DNA of 32,000 nt, taken from contig DIYS01000015.1 of NCBI GenBank assembly GCA_002429115.1, positions 1-32,000 of the forward strand. The letters are read 5' to 3'. The stretch comes from Saccharicrinis sp. UBA6048. Its GTDB lineage: Bacteria; Bacteroidota; Bacteroidia; Bacteroidales; Marinilabiliaceae. This document shows positions 31,182 through 32,000 of the stretch, one piece after another. How positions within the stretch are numbered: position 1 is the stretch's first letter; every line of letters begins with the position of its first letter. A program made the translations under genes and the position numbers. Below the pieces are notes generated by a model. It searched no databases. It was not told the origin of the DNA and saw only the letters and a program-made list of their open reading frames with translations.

Positions 31182-32000
31182 TTAAAAAATAGTCCGTGAA
31201 CGGCGTCTGTACTTTGAGCCTGACGAACCTGTCATACCTGGTGCACTGCATGGTATAGCTCCTCTTGATTTTTTCTTTTTAACTGATGTATTAAAGCGCC
31301 ATGTCAAAGTTAATTCATTGGCTCCATTACTATAGCCCGATAGTTCTGAAAGTGTCCAGTCATAACTATAACCCAAACGGGCATTCCCTAAGTTTATGCC
31401 AAGAATAAAAATAAGTCCGTCTTGATTTTCGAGCCCACCTCCGGATGCAAATGGTATTCCACGATACCACAACCCTAATTCCATCGGGTTTATATACCAA
31501 TAAGTACCAATATCAAGTTGACTAAAATGTGCTTGCATCCGGTAATTAAAGGCCAACGTTATACTTTGCTCATCACTTCGGCGCATTCTATCTTTATACC
31601 TATACTTATAACCACCGTAAACAGCTGTTCTAAAGTCATTAAATGACTCCATATCTGTGGCAGCAATATCATTCTTTACAATATTATGAAAGCCTACTCC
31701 AAACCAGAAATCATCACTATATATCATGGCAGAAGCCGCCGCATCAAACTGACTGTGATTAAACTCCTGATTGTCGACACTACCACTTGGAATACTTCCA
31801 CCTTCACTCCCCTGATCAGAAGGAAATATTGCATTTAACAAGTCCAGATTACGCTCTTTATACATAAATTCAATGCCCGGTCGCACATAGAGGCCACGCA
31901 TTACTTCAATTTCGTAAGCGTATAAAAGACTAATATCCTGACGAACCAATAAACCATTACCAGCATCATCACGCATGATCAGAAGACCTAAACCACTGCT
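31182..32000 (-). CDS. PorP/SprF family type IX secretion system membrane protein, 5' end beyond right edge
   Basis: VRPGIEFMYKERNLDLLNAIFPSDQG, AAASAMIYSDDFWFGVGFHNIVKND, LGNARLGYSYDWTLSELSGYSNGANELTLTWRF. The frame stays open upstream to base 32000 (SSGLGLLIMRDDAGNG). Confidence 0.9.
   Translation of the reverse strand, partial: SSGLGLLIMRDDAGNGLLVRQDISLLYAYEIEVMRGLYVRPGIEFMYKERNLDLLNAIFPSDQGSEGGSIPSGSVDNQEFNHSQFDAAASAMIYSDDFWFGVGFHNIVKNDIAATDMESFNDFRTAVYGGYKYRYKDRMRRSDEQSITLAFNYRMQAHFSQLDIGTYWYINPMELGLWYRGIPFASGGGLENQDGLIFILGINLGNARLGYSYDWTLSELSGYSNGANELTLTWRFNTSVKKKKSRGAIPCSAPGMTGSSGSKYRRRSRTIF

Overview
The window is a chromosomal segment from a Bacteroidetes-type genome. This call rests on PorP/SprF and DUF5103-like proteins, a fused 2-oxoacid dehydrogenase E1, and TPR-HTH regulators. 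Most of it is core metabolism and envelope biology: a 2-oxoacid dehydrogenase E1 running off the left edge, two tandem PAS-like/LuxR regulators, a DUF5723-like protein, an alpha/beta hydrolase, ApbE, a GH2 beta-galactosidase plus a GH63/trehalase-like hydrolase, and a TPR-HTH regulator. It also holds the complete six-gene nqrABCDEF operon (minus strand), a T9SS plug-like protein, a P5C dehydrogenase, an LPS-kinase-like protein, an FtsB/DivIC-like protein, a GT2, an OmpH/Skp protein and a PorP/SprF-like protein running off the right edge. The most unusual part is about 22.7-25.17 kb. It has an uncharacterised 428-aa gene, then a non-coding array of six near-palindromic 16-bp elements (consensus CGTAACTAAATAGTTA). 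The first five start exactly 42 bp apart (24102, 24144, 24186, 24228, 24270) and the sixth follows at 38 bp (24308). After the array comes a 244-aa DUF6261-like gene with its own terminator. The array looks like a phased multi-site protein-binding region or a structured repeat RNA, and is my main candidate for an undescribed system. Secondary observations are a two-copy long inverted-repeat hairpin (7663-7711 and 14929-14975), a 7-bp tandem repeat inside the nqr operon, and a small NqrM-like membrane protein convergent with apbE.
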